In this document: positions 1-12,261 of the stretch, piece after piece
How positions within the stretch are numbered: position 1 is the stretch's first letter
How the letters are laid out: every line of letters begins with the position of its first letter
Source of the DNA: Eledone cirrhosa
Lineage: Eukaryota
Length of the DNA: 64,000 nucleotides
Assembly: GCA_964016885.1 (NCBI GenBank)
Contig: OZ024742.1
Location: 271,870,001-271,934,000 of the forward strand
Reading direction: 5' to 3'
Made by a program: the position numbers and the translations under genes
The notes under the pieces: model-generated
Told to the model about the DNA's origin: nothing
What the model saw: only the letters and a program-made list of their open reading frames with translations
Database searches by the model: none

Positions 1-147
1 GCTTGGAAGCTAGATTTCAAGATTTTACTGGGACACAGATCAAAGGTTACCGTCTCAATCCGCTTCGAAGCACACACGCACACACACGCACACACCCATA
101 TACACACACATACACACACATACATACGCACATAGACACAAATATAT

Positions 148-210
<63 letters not shown>

Positions 211-215
<5 letters not shown>

Positions 216-265
216 AATAGCCGTCGAAACGGCTTGATCTCTGCTGTCGGGGTCTTACCATTTCC
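211..265 (+). repeat. Short (TA)n-flanked repeat family 'GAAATAGCCGTCGAAACGGCTTGA..CTGCTGTCGGGGTC' (probable PLE terminal-repeat piece), copy 1
   Basis: Same motif recurs at ~7021-7080(-), 8290-8342(+), 24649-24764 (both strands) and 59267-59325(-). Usually abuts (TA)n. Confidence 0.75.
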
Positions 266-374
266 TATATATATATATATATATATAATTATGTATATAT
301 ATATATATATGTATGTGTGTGTATATATATGATTATGTGTGCGTTTGTGTGAGTATTTGTGTATATACATTCAA

Positions 375-405
<31 letters not shown>

Positions 406-892
406 CAGAGAAAGAAACAAATTATTTATGTGTTGTGTGTTTGTATGTCCTTGTAAAAGGTGCCCCATTCTATACACGTTAAGGGTATACATTTCAAGTA
501 ATTGTAGCATGGAATAATGTTGAGATAAATCATTGTATATTATGCCATAAAAGCTATATTTTATGTAAATAACAGATCAACTCCAATGAAGCATCATGAG
601 TATTCAGAGTTAGCTTCTTTTTAAGCTCTATCTACTCCATTGATCAAGTAGATGAAAATAACCGCAGGGCTTTACGGGGATCTATTATCTATTAGGACTG
701 CTAAATGTACAGTACAGGACGTGAATGGCATACTTGAGAATTTTTATAGCAGTAGCAATGGTGCTAAAGGGAATATATGTTCAATAAATCGATAATTTTG
801 GAACAGAGGTACACAGTGTAAATACGCGAGTGTGTCTGTCTGCATACATATTGTGCTAAATAAGAATTTTAACTACAAGAACATTGTTATCT

Positions 893-1024
893 GTCTTCTT
901 CTTCTTCTTCTTCTTCTTCTTCTTCTTCTTCTTCTTCTTCTTCTTCTTCTTCTTCTTCTTCTTCTTCTTCTTCTTCTCCCCCCTCTTCTTCTTCTTCCTC
1001 TTTTTCTCCCCTCTTCTTCTTCTT

Positions 1025-1095
<71 letters not shown>
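893..1095. repeat. Compound trinucleotide microsatellite (CTT)n-(ATT)n
   Basis: Directly visible; explains the poly-L/F/S/Y/K/R pseudo-ORFs. Confidence 0.97.
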
Positions 1096-1097
<2 letters not shown>

Positions 1098-1544
1098 CGA
1101 TTGCAGGTGCTGTTGTTTCAGTTATTGTCGTACTTGCTATCATTGCTGTTGCCTTTCTTGTTGTAGATGCTGCTGTCATTGTTGTTGTATTCACTGGTTT
1201 TCGTTTATATGTTGTCGTAGAGGTGGTGGAGGTTATTGCTACTTTTGTTATTGTAGTTCCTGAGATTTTTATTCGTTGTTGTTATTGGTCTTGTGGCTAT
1301 ACTTATTGCCATTGTTATCCAGTCTAGGGTAATAGCTGTAGTCAGTATTTAACGTTAAAAGACTGCCATATAAATGTTTATGACAACAATTGTTGCATTT
1401 TTTGTTTCCGTTATTTCAGTTTTTTATCGATATTACTACACACTTTCTTTGTGAATGATGTTACTTTGCCTGCCACTATTAATGTTGTTGCCACTGATTA
1501 TCATTCTACTGATACTTCCGAAGGTACGCACCCTATAATGCTGA

Positions 1545-1712
1545 CGATAATGTAGCGAATTGGTAAAGCAATTACAGCGTTGGATCAAGTGAAATCCGTG
1601 TTTTCCGGGTAACTACGTTCTGAGTTCAATTCATGCCGAGTTCAACATGATTTTCATTAATTCGAAGTCGATAAACATAGTACTAGTACAGTACTAGATT
1701 GGTTATTTCGCC
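1545..1712 (+). mobile_element. Degenerate tRNA-derived SINE copy
   Basis: ACGTTCTGAGTTCAA..GCCGAG..TTTCAT..GTCGATAAA..AGTAC matches the better copies (e.g. 57640-57830). Confidence 0.6.
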
Positions 1713-1937
1713 TTCACTCTTGAGCAATTTATCTCACTCTTTCTTCTTCTCTGAGAGGCGAAATATTGGCTCCAATAGTTTTTCAATGTGTACAAGACAT
1801 GTACCATGATAGCATCATCTCTAAACGTATGCCCATTACTTTCCTTTCTTGATTTTCGTAACGATATTCTTGAGGTTAATTCCGATGTTAAAGATCCGTT
1901 TGGCATTGACGATAACCATTATAAGGGTAGTGTCATT

Positions 1938-2192
1938 ATTTCTTCTTCTTCTTCTTCTTCTTCTTCTTCTTCTTCTTCTTCTTTTTCTCTTCTTCTTCTT
2001 CTTCTTTTTCTTTTATATTTTTTCTTTTTTCTTTTTTGCTTATTTTCTTTTTCTTTTTCTTTTATATTTTTTTTCTTTTTCTTTTTTTCTTTTTTTCTTT
2101 TTTCTTTTTTTCTTTTTTCTTTTTTCTTTTTTCTTTTTTCTTTTTTCTTTTTTCTTTTTCTTTTTCTTTTTCTTTTTCGTTTTCTTCTTCTT
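1938..2192. repeat. (TTC)n / T-rich polypyrimidine low-complexity tract
   Basis: Directly visible. Confidence 0.95.
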
Positions 2193-2193
2193 C

Positions 2194-2400
2194 ACGGTGT
2201 ATCGGTTGAGCGTCAAACAATATACATTGTGGCAAAGAGTTACGACCATTTACGTTCTGACTTCCAATCGCACCGAGGTTAGCTTTGTCTTTAATCTTTA
2301 CGGGCTCAATAAAAAAAAGTACCAGTAATATACTGGAGTCGATTTAATCGGATTTCCTGTACCACCAAAAATTGCAGCCTTCCTGGCTAAGGTAGACATA
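2194..2400 (+). mobile_element. tRNA-derived SINE (long 3' variant), diverged
   Basis: TTACGTTCTGA..CCGAGGTTAGCTTTG..AAGTACCAGTAATATACTGGAGTCGATTTAATCG similar to other copies. Confidence 0.75.
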
Positions 2401-2689
2401 TTTAATATTATTGTTGTTGTTTTCTTTTGTCAGCCAAGACGTATTTCGATATCGCTTCGTATGTTTTCTCAATTTTCAAGTGTTTACATTATATTCATCC
2501 TCTAATGTCTGTCACAAACTGTTGAAAAGGCGCCACACTTTGCATTGTGCTAAGGTGACCACATAACATTTCAGCTTTATTTTCTTGAAAAATATTTTTC
2601 CAAAAAAAAAAAATATGGACGCTGCACGCCCCCTCTCCAACATTCAGCCAGTTGTCATGTGACAGTGGCTTGAAAGTTGAGATGAATAA

Positions 2690-5590
2690 CGCCGCTCCTC
2701 CTACACCAATCATGTACAGCAAGAGCACATTATGCAATTACAACGACACCAAAAATAGTGAGAACACTGAAATGAACAAAAATGACAACAACAACAATAA
2801 CAGCAGCAAAAACGATAACCACACCACTAACAGTAAAAAGAGAAATGTGAACCAAAATCACAACACCAACAACAGCAACAACGACATCACCACCAACATG
2901 AATAACGATACCACTCTCAGCAGCAATGAAAAGCAGCAAAACAGCAGTATAAAAAACAACAACAAAAACAACACGATTAATTTCAGAGCCACAACGGCAA
3001 AGAGACAAACGCTTTACAATTTCGACTTAACAGAAAAGAAAAATGAACCTTTGGCCCAGGCGGAAAAAAATATATAACGAGAGAAAAGACCTGGGCCAAC
3101 TTAAACATCCCGGCAGATGTCATGGCACCAAAAGACATGAGAACATTAATATATCATTGCATTTCAGTGACATTTCAAAACGCCGAGACAGCCACAGAAG
3201 GACAGGATGAGGCGGCACTGATATGCATCAACAATAACATACCATTTTGGAGCATTTTGGTGCACTTCAAAACTGAGGCCCTTGCTATCAACCATTCCGT
3301 GGTCCCGTACAAAACAGACGAAATAATCATGTACCCGTCCTATATGGGGCAGAGGACAGAAAGAGTCCGTGTCCCCAGCATACTACCGGGAATGGACTTA
3401 TTGTGGTTCCTGGGATGCGTGGCGGCAGAGGGCCCTGACACACCTCTCCACGTCATGCGCTGGGCCTGGTTTCGATGTTCTTCTCCAAATCAAACCTGAA
3501 GACATAAACAATATACCGAACTACATTAATCTAGCAGACGAGTACGAGATCCAGGTATTCATGGAGGGCAAACGGTCGCACACTTTTGTTTGTCGTGAAG
3601 CCACAGACCAGCGTGTCTTTTGTCATCTGCTAAAATTTAAAATGGCCACAAATCTCCATAGCTGTCTAGAATGTTGCCGGTAGAAAAGACAACACCAACA
3701 CCAACAATATCACCAACAAGGACGATTAAATTCATCCAGTGAATCAACCAAACAAGCTATCCCTCTGCCCATCTTTCAAACTCACACGCACAGAACAACA
3801 TTCACGCACCTGCAAACACAAATCCACTCCCCAATCGCATAGAGTAGCCAGACACCAGATCCTCCACATATCTACATGAAGATGAGGGGGAAGCCCAACA
3901 TCCAAAATAGCAAAAAAGTCAATGCAAAATAGAAAAAAAGAAAAAAAATGGTCTCCACACACAGCAACAAGCACAAAAGACACAGCCACAAGACAAACAA
4001 CACAACCATAAAAAAACGCAACCACCACAAACAACACCGTCTCAACCACAAAACATGCCCACAATAGAAAACACACGCAGACACCAACAAAGACAGACTT
4101 ACGGAAAATCACGTTACTAAGAAGGGCCAATCAAAATAGTATGGCGTTCTAACACGAAGATAAGAAATTGAGAAAGAAGGGGATATTTTTGGCAACTGTA
4201 CCCTCAAAGTGCTCCAAACACTACTAATGATGCGGATGCCAACAAATATGCAATCATTCAGGTGGGGTGGCAGTTCTGTTTAAGGAAGGCCTGGATCTCG
4301 ACGTTAGGCTGTTCTTCCGGGACATGGACGTGATCTATAGAGAAGGTATTGCCTTTAGACTGGCGGCCGTGTATGCTGCGACTGCAGCCGGTCAGCCGTA
4401 CTTCTTTAAGCGCCTGGAACACTTTCTGAAACGTCTCGTCCATTACTGTTAATGAGCGACTAAAGAGGAATCTGAGACACTCGCTTCCATTGTGTGGGTG
4501 TAGTTGAAAGTTGGCAATGGTTGTCGTCGACAACAGATAGTGCGCTGATCTCAAAAGGGAAATTAAAGTAATTTCGATAGAAGTAGAATATGCAGTATAG
4601 CAGAGTTTGTTTGTTTGAAGCCTGTTTTACCATAAACGCGATTAGTCACTAAATGTGATGCAAATGAGATAAATGGTGACAAATATCGTCCTTACATCAG
4701 CATCAAAATATAACTCACATATATACATTATACATTCAAATAACACACATATATAACGAAAGCAGTAGCATTAGAGTAAATTAGAAAGTAGGGATAGCTG
4801 GTAGCTAAATTAAACGACGCTATTTTTATTTAAGTCTTCAGAGGGGGATCACTGCAATGCACAGTGGCATCTGCTAAGTGGTCAAAGTTATTGGCCATCT
4901 TTCCAAATGCTTTTGGAACTCCAGATAGCTCTTTCACTGGAATCATCTGTTCTGCCTTCTCTACATACTGACCTTTGGAAGATGGAGGAGTTTCAGGCCA
5001 TGCCACTGGAACCAGGACGAGATCACCGTGATGGTGGCGAATACATCGGAAATGAAGGTGCTCGAAAACTTTTTTGGATGAATATAAACCTATGACAGGG
5101 GCAGAACCAAACACGGAAATGTCGGTAGGTTTGCAGCTCGGCATCTCGATATGGAGATCCATGTCGTTCAACAGCGTTGTCGGGTGGAGGATGTAAAGAC
5201 TGTTAAAATTGCTCGGGGTTTGGTTCGGACCAAGCCTCCATGTGGATAATATTTGTCACGACGAAGAAATGGGCCAAAAGGAAGCTGTCTCAGAAATGTT
5301 GGAAGGAGATGGTGGACACGTACATTGCGTCTATCATCTACTACCGCCTGAAAAATTGTGCCTTGTCCCGTTCGCGCCTAACAGCTCAGATTCAAATTTT
5401 TGTGGTGGGGACATACTCCGTTGGTGAGGCGGTCCATCCGCCGCCATCCCCATCGCGGAAGGCTGGACATGTTGTAGCGACGTTGCCCAAACCTATGCTG
5501 AGTCTACAGCATCTCCAGATATTCTACTTAAACTATGTGGTCAACGTTTGTGAGACAGGTTTTTCCGCAGCTCATCACTCTATATTTTAG
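2690..5590 (+). mobile_element. Decayed, internally deleted Tx1/L1-like LINE (ORF1 plus endonuclease and RT fragments)
   Basis: ORF pieces parallel the 31.7-37.4 kb element: 'YPSYMGQRTERVRV', 'LLQIKPED..INLAD..EGKR' (ORF1), 'VAVLFKEGLDL..FRLAAVYA' (APE), 'LLGVWFGP', 'WAKRKLS..YIASIIYYRL' (RT C-terminus). Confidence 0.85.
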
Positions 5591-6438
5591 AAAATATATA
5601 TTTTTTCTAGCCCTGACATTTGGCAGGTGAACAGTATACTGCACAGATGAAGGGTAATCACCCTAAATAAACAAACAAGAGGGAGAACTTTGATTATATA
5701 TATAAGGTAAGTTTTTTTTAATATTTTATTATAATTATAGGGTTTTATGTGTATACTAGATTAAGTGTATCTAATTTTATGGGTGGTATTAACTATCTTT
5801 TTATTTAAACTAAAAATTATATAGCTCAGGGGAAAAGAATGTATTAGCGAGGCTAAGAATAAATAGGTATATAAATAAATCAGTGTTTTTAATTATATGG
5901 GTAATATAGAAAACCGATATGTATTATACATAATTATAGAAGAAACATGTATAAGTAGTTATTCATATTAAATTTAATTTATTTAGATTCAATATGAGGT
6001 TTTGGTAGTTGAGAGAATATTATGTAAGGGCTATAACGGATAAATCAGATAAACATATTGGAGAAGGAAAAACGGTTAACATTTGTTTTCTTATAGATTA
6101 AAATTGAAATATAGTATAAGGAATGACGGAGGGTAAAATAAATATGTGATTGGAAAAATAAAAGGTTGAGAGAATGTAAAGGAAAATAAAATATATATAT
6201 ATATAAAATAGCTTATGCCATAGAAACATTTTTTTAGAAAGATATAGTGCCATCTATTAAGTTATTACTATATACATATGTATATATTAAAAACACATAT
6301 ATATATATACACGCATATATATACATACATAAATATTGATACAACCATACCAATATATATATGTGATACGTTTAGCCAAATATTCCAAAAATTCTAGAGA
6401 ATGTGTGTAAACAGCTGCTAAAAATGTCCGAGTGTTTA

Positions 6439-6630
6439 TCTATATATCTAAAACAGAGAATGTATGTCTGTCTGTCTATCTATCTCCCTAAAACTCGAGA
6501 ACCACCCAACCGATCTTTTTCAAATTTTGCACATGTAATACATATGGTGGTGTGAGTGTTTTGAGCAAATACTATTTCAAAGTTTTAATGCCCTAGGGAC
6601 CGCATTAGGCGCTGAACATCGCGCCCTTAT
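6439..6630 (+). mobile_element. Probable non-autonomous Helitron 5' end
   Basis: Starts TCTATATATCTAAAA followed by (TGTC)n and CCGATCTTTTTCAAATTTT, the layout of invertebrate non-autonomous Helitrons. A matching 3' end may lie at ~10298-10326. Confidence 0.5.
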
Positions 6631-6729
6631 AATATATGTGTGTATGTTTGGCTGTCTGTATTACGACATAATGACGCCATATGTGTGTGTGTATATATGT
6701 ATATATATGTCGTCAGGGTCATACTTTCT

Positions 6730-6845
<116 letters not shown>

Positions 6846-6935
6846 TGTGTGTGTATATATATATAAATAAATATATATATATATATATATATATAGTGTA
6901 TAAAGTTTTTCTGCGTTCACAGATTGATTCTTTTT

Positions 6936-6984
6936 GTTTCAGAAGATCACGTTAAGGGTGAAAGCAGCGATTCTTTGCTTAAAC
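6936..6984 (+). ncRNA. Hammerhead-ribozyme-like motif, core variant CAGAAGA
   Basis: GTTT-CAGAAGA-tcacgttaagggt-GAAA-GCA gcgattctt TGC-TT-AAAC. Stems I and III pair; stem II is weak; U4 is changed to A. Confidence 0.4.
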
Positions 6985-7034
6985 TTTAATCTGTTATTTT
7001 AATATATATATATATATAGGAGAAAGTATGACCC

Positions 7035-8342
7035 CGACGGCAGAGCTCAAGCCGTTTCGGCGGCTATTTCAGGACTAAAGTAAGAGTTTTTTAGTCTGGT
7101 AAATAAATAGCCAAACTTTTCAAGGGGTACTTCCTTATATGGGAAGATTCTAGTTGTTAAGAGAATTGGTCAAAATTTGTAGCAGACAAAAGTATATCAT
7201 GGCAGTGGGTGCGGGGTGGGTGTGGCTGAACTTGCTTGTAGAACGATAGGTGAGTGGGTAGAGCCGGTCAAGCGTTGAAGGTGAAATCTACACGGCAAAT
7301 TCTAAGGAATGTGTATGAAAGTAGGCCAGAGGAGGTAGGCGAAAAAGGTTTCTTTAGAAAAAAGGAGGTGGGACGTTATAGAATTGCTAAATCAAATAGG
7401 ATTAGGGGACGATGAAAAAATATAATAAAAAAGAATATAATAATAAATGAGAGAAATATATATCAGAATGTAAGATTGGAAAGTGAGGAGTGAAATAAAA
7501 CAAAATATAAAGGAGCCCATTGTCTCAGCACAATCCACCGCCGAATGCGGGAAATATTTCGGTGAGTTTAAATAGTAGGAATAATCCTATAAGATCTGTG
7601 ACCTCGGACGAATCAGTCGCACCCATGCTGACGTCGAAGAGCTCGGGAGCTCTCTTTATCCACTTGGAGTTGTCGAAAAGTAGGACTGTCCTCCTGGCGT
7701 GGATAATGATGTTTCTTTCCTGGTCGGTGATGGGCGCGAGTGTTTCGGCAAAGTCCAAGGCGGCCGTAAGGAGCGGTAAGGTAAATGTTCAATAATTCTC
7801 ATCTAGCAACTCATTCTATAGCATTGGCAACTAAATATTCCAGTTGTTTTAGACTCCTTAGATTTTGGTTTTATTTCACTCCTCACTTTCCAATCTTACA
7901 TTCTGATATAATTTTATATTCTTTTTTATATTCTTTAATATTATAATTTTTCATTGTCCTCTAATCCCATTTGATTTACCAATTCTATAACGTCCCTCCT
8001 CCTTTTTTCTAAAGAAACCTTTTTTCGCCTACCTCCTCTGGCTTACTGTCATACACATTCCTTAGAATTTGCCCTGTAAGATTGGAAAGTGAGGAGTGAA
8101 ATTTGCACCTTCAACGCTTGACCGGCTCTACCCACTCCCCTATCGTTCTCCAGGCAAGTTCAGCCACCCCCACCCCACACCCGCTTTTCTGTGTCTGCTA
8201 CAAACTTTGACCAATCCCCTCGACAACTACAATCTTCCCATATAAGGAAGTACCCCTTGAAAAGTTCGGCTATTTATTTACCAGACTAAAAAAAACTCTT
8301 ACTTTAGTCCTGAAATAGCCGACGAAAAGGCTTGAGCTCTGC
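7035..8342. repeat. ~480-bp inverted repeats (~7035-7515 and ~7853-8342) flanking a PLE RT fragment
   Basis: E.g. GTAAGATTGGAAAGTGAGGAGTGAAATAAAA vs TTTTATTTCACTCCTCACTTTCCAATCTTAC, and AGAGCCGGTCAAGCGTTGAAGGTG vs CACCTTCAACGCTTGACCGGCTCT. Confidence 0.9.
7520..7790 (-). pseudogene. Penelope-like retroelement reverse transcriptase fragment
   Basis: 'LDFAET..ITDQERNIIIHARRTVLLFDNSKWIK...FDVSMGATDSSEVTDLIGLFLL' matches the PLE RT motif FDVtMGsxDgaEvcxLvGLxlL. Confidence 0.85.
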
Positions 8343-9640
8343 TCCAAAAAATATATCATAACCTTTTTTATATGACTACTGGAAATTCTTTTTAGAAAAG
8401 GTTTTGAAAATTCTAAAAATTTCCTTTGAAAAACTTTCTGAAAATTTTGGAAAAATTTTTGGTAACAATTTTGAAAGGCCTTTTGAAAGATACGAAAACT
8501 CATTACTTTCATATCTTCCAATATTTTTATATCTTCCAATATTTTTAAATATTTTTAATATTTATTTTCATATATATCCAAATATTTATATTATTTATAT
8601 ATATGTGGAATAATCTATGAGTTATGTTTTAATTATATGTTAAGATGAATGTTTATAACTTTTTATAACTTTTTATAACTTCTTATAACTTTTTTAAGAG
8701 ATTTTCATCTGTCCTTGGAGTCATTTGAGTTTTTTAAAAAATCCCTTTTAACTTCCTTTAAACTTCCTTATTGTTTTTATAATCTCAATTTTTATAGTAT
8801 TAATTTATAGTCTAAATGTTTAATATGTTTTAATATATACTTCTAATTAAGTACTTATTCCTTTGTAAACTCTCGTAAATATTCGTAATTTTTGGAATTA
8901 TATGGATGTTTAAGATTTGACTTACACTATTAATAAATTCTGGCTAAATATAATTTTGCCACACTTACTTTAATCAAATAAACTATACTAGATTTTTCCC
9001 AATGTAAAATACTATACATTTAAATAATTGATAATCTATAACATAACATTCCCATCTAAATCCATGTATTATTAATACATCTTAATATATTTTAAATACT
9101 TCTTTTTGCAATATATCTTATTTTAATTACATTTTTAATTAAATTCAAACAATATTTTTTTATCCTTAATTTAATTTTTTAACTTATCATTATAAATATT
9201 ATAAACATAGCATAACGAACGTTATATTTACGTTCTGAGTATTCATCCATGTAAAACTTATTTCTTCGTTCGCTTCGCTTCTCTTCACTATCACTATGCA
9301 TAATCTTGTATATCCTTCTTCTCTCTTTCTCTTTCTCTTTTCTTCGCTCTCAGTTTAACTATTCTTTCTCCCTCCCTTTCAATAATTTTTCTCTCTCCCT
9401 CTCAATATTCTTTCTGTCTCCCTCTCAATATTTTTCCATCTCGCTTTTACATCTCCTTTCTTCCAACTGTTTAATTTAAATAAACCGTTGTTTTTTCAAT
9501 TTTTCTGACACTCATTTGCATACTCACTCATGACTTTGTATCACCCTCAATAAAATATTATCTCCACTATCCATGGAACTTCAACCGTTAAGGTTGTCTT
9601 TTTCCGGGTATGTCAATATTTATTTATAAAACAAATCTGT

Positions 9641-9704
9641 ATTTTATTGGATGAAAGCGCACCATAATTTGCCTTGGTTGCTCTTGAAATATATATAATA
9701 AAAT
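9641..9704 (+). ncRNA. Degenerate hammerhead-like motif
   Basis: ATTTTAT-TGGATGA-[AAGCGCACCA..TGGTTGCTCTT]-GAAA-TATAT-ATA-ATAAAAT. 7-bp stem I and a paired stem II, but two core substitutions in an AT-rich context. Confidence 0.35.
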
Positions 9705-9743
9705 AATTATGGTTTTATAAATATAGTTTCCATTTATTAATAT

Positions 9744-9806
<63 letters not shown>

Positions 9807-10297
9807 GTATATTCGTGTACAGATATTTTTGCATACACAAAAAACAAAATATTAGCAGCACCAAAAACAACAACAAAAAAGAGAGGGAACGTATGTACAT
9901 GATTTTCAAAAATCGTAATAGAAAATGATTTGCCTATTCACCAAAGGCGACTTCACTTTTCTTTAGGACTTCTACATCAATTGGTGAACCTACGACGAAA
10001 CATTGAAAAGAATAAACAACACAACTCTCGACCACAGTAACTATTGCTTTCATTGTACCATAGCACAACAAATACATATTCGGTTTGTAGAATGCCTTTT
10101 TATTTAACCCTATTGTCTTGGCTTTCGTGGGTTGAACATTTTACTCTCAGGCAGCCAATTAAGTTAAACCCCTGGTAATCTACGTCAATTCTTTTTTATA
10201 AGAACAAAATGTAAACACCATCCCGAGGCCGAGGTATTCCGTACTTCTCTCTACTGATTCAGAAGGAGGAATAAACATGCCAATCTATGTTTAGAAT

Positions 10298-10326
10298 CCC
10301 GAGCAACGCCGGGCTATTCTGCTGGT
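10298..10326 (+). mobile_element. Helitron-type 3' terminus (GC hairpin followed by CTRR|T)
   Basis: CCCGAGCAACGCCGGG-ctattctg-CTGG|T. The same end occurs inverted at 22404 and 55781. Confidence 0.7.
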
Positions 10327-10339
10327 TAATAATAGATTT

Positions 10340-11290
10340 CGTATTACTAATAATATAAAGAATTCCAGTATTACACAAATTACAATTTTTATTAAATAGA
10401 AGAATGTGCATATGGTAGGGCATTACCCATGTTATGCCAAGGTAGGGAGTAATCTGTTTTTGTTTTATGAGACCATATTACCTATGACAAAGTAGTGGAT
10501 ACTTTCTTACCTATTCTCTTAAAAGTATGTGTTTGGTTGTACCATCTTTCCTTAAATTTGAAGTAGCACATATAATTATAAGACTTATTAGTTTTAACAA
10601 TGCATTTATACACTAGATTGCGGTAAAACAGTTATTATTTCGTCGGCAAGAATGTCTAATTTTACAATTACAATTATTTACGTTATTATTTGATGATTCT
10701 ACTATATGATCAAGGCGCGTGAGAATATTATACTATCGTTATTTCTATGGTAAGCGTGGTGGGTTAATTCTATCTCGTTAGTTGCAAGATTATTAATTTT
10801 TGCTATGTTTTGGGCAGTATTCATATTTGTTGAGTGGGAGCGTAACAAGTGATGTATCTGTTCTAGAATATTTACGAAACTTTACAATACGGATCCAGTT
10901 CATAGTTTGAAATATACCGCAGTATAAGAAGCACTGATACATGTAGATCAAAAGGCTTTTCATGAGTGAATTACTTAAAAAACATCTGTATGGATTAGTC
11001 AGGAAGCTGGATATTAAGTATTTTCTTTAGCAAACAGATACTATAATATTAAGGCCAAACAGATTGAGAGTAAAATTAAACTTTAACAATTAATAGAATA
11101 ATCGAATCCGTTATGCTAGGATATGCTTTAAGAAAATCATTATGAAAGAGTAAGCAGGCAAACTCATATGTATATTAAATTTAAATATTTAGAATATAAG
11201 TTTTAAAATCGATTGAAAATTTACACTGGCCATCTGGGTCTGTCGTAAACATGCCGGAATGAATTATCAATTGATTAACATTTTATGTAG
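10340..11290 (-). pseudogene. Highly decayed PLE fragment (GIY-YIG region)
   Basis: Minus-strand translation near 10470-10560 reads 'KFKERWYNQTHTFKR..STTLS*VIW', typical of the PLE endonuclease C-terminus. The upstream extent is uncertain. Confidence 0.55.
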
Positions 11291-12164
11291 CACACACTCA
11301 ATCAAATTCAATTGCGGATGCATATGTGTGGAGAACAACACGTTTTTAGTGAACGTTTCCTGGCTAGAATCACTAAGAATGTAGATCTACCATTTGTTCT
11401 CATGAAATGCTGCAGCGCGTGTAAAGCCCGTGTGATTCTGTCAGCCCCGACCATTCGTTCTCAATCCCCTGATACGCGATCAATGCTTCTGAGCGCTGTC
11501 TTTCTGATTCGGTGCCTACCGTTTGTCTAATGGGCCTTCGACTGTGCCTGCAGTATATGTGCGTTGTGCCCAGTTGCATCAGCCCAGACAGATGATTCTC
11601 TTGTTCCTGATACGCGTTCCTTGATTTTGCGTGCTGCCTAAATACGTCGGCCCGTACCATTTGTTCTCATGTTTATTCTGCTTATTAATTAAATCACAAC
11701 ACAACTGTGATTGTTGTTACGACCACAGGCTAAAACATGTTCTATTGTAAATATATTAAGAAACATACCGGAGAAAATGTATGTCAACAAGTCATTGATG
11801 TGGAGATTGCAGATCTCGTAATGAAATACACGTTCATTTTCATAATCAATATTAGTGATAGTGCGGTACATATATCAACCCGCTTGGACCAAAATATGAC
11901 TGAAATTGAATATTTTGAGAAAAAACGCATCTACACAATATATAAGTGACACATGGTCACGATATATGGAATGATGACCAATTCCAAAGCAGACGAGGTT
12001 AATTATTTCCTTTTCGGTCAAAATGAAACTAAAAGTTAATAGTAAGAGACAACATAGAGACATATATAAATATATCGACAGTCGATCGGCTTTCCTCAAA
12101 TCGGAGCGAAAAAACAATGTTTCTGTTGGTCTTTCTAAATGATAATACTATCTATCTCTCGCAA

Positions 12165-12215
12165 CTCTAGGTAGAAGGAGCAACGTGAAATAAAGTGTCT
12201 TGCTCAAGAACATCT
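12165..12215. repeat. Small fragment of a second SINE-like family
   Basis: GCAACGTGAAATAAAGTGTCTTGCTCAAGAACA resembles a common SINE core motif; recognised from memory only. Confidence 0.35.
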
Positions 12216-12261
12216 CTTGAAATACTGTTGATGCTGGCATTTTGTATATGATATACGATCG

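Noticed and set aside
832-2328. Poly-Leu/Phe/Ser/Lys ORFs that look like membrane or Cys-rich proteins
   Set aside because: Trinucleotide microsatellite artefacts.
11390-11672. GC-richer segment bounded by the direct repeat CCATTTGTTCTCATG
   Set aside because: Could be a target-site duplication or decayed tandem repeat, but I could not assign it to any element or structure.
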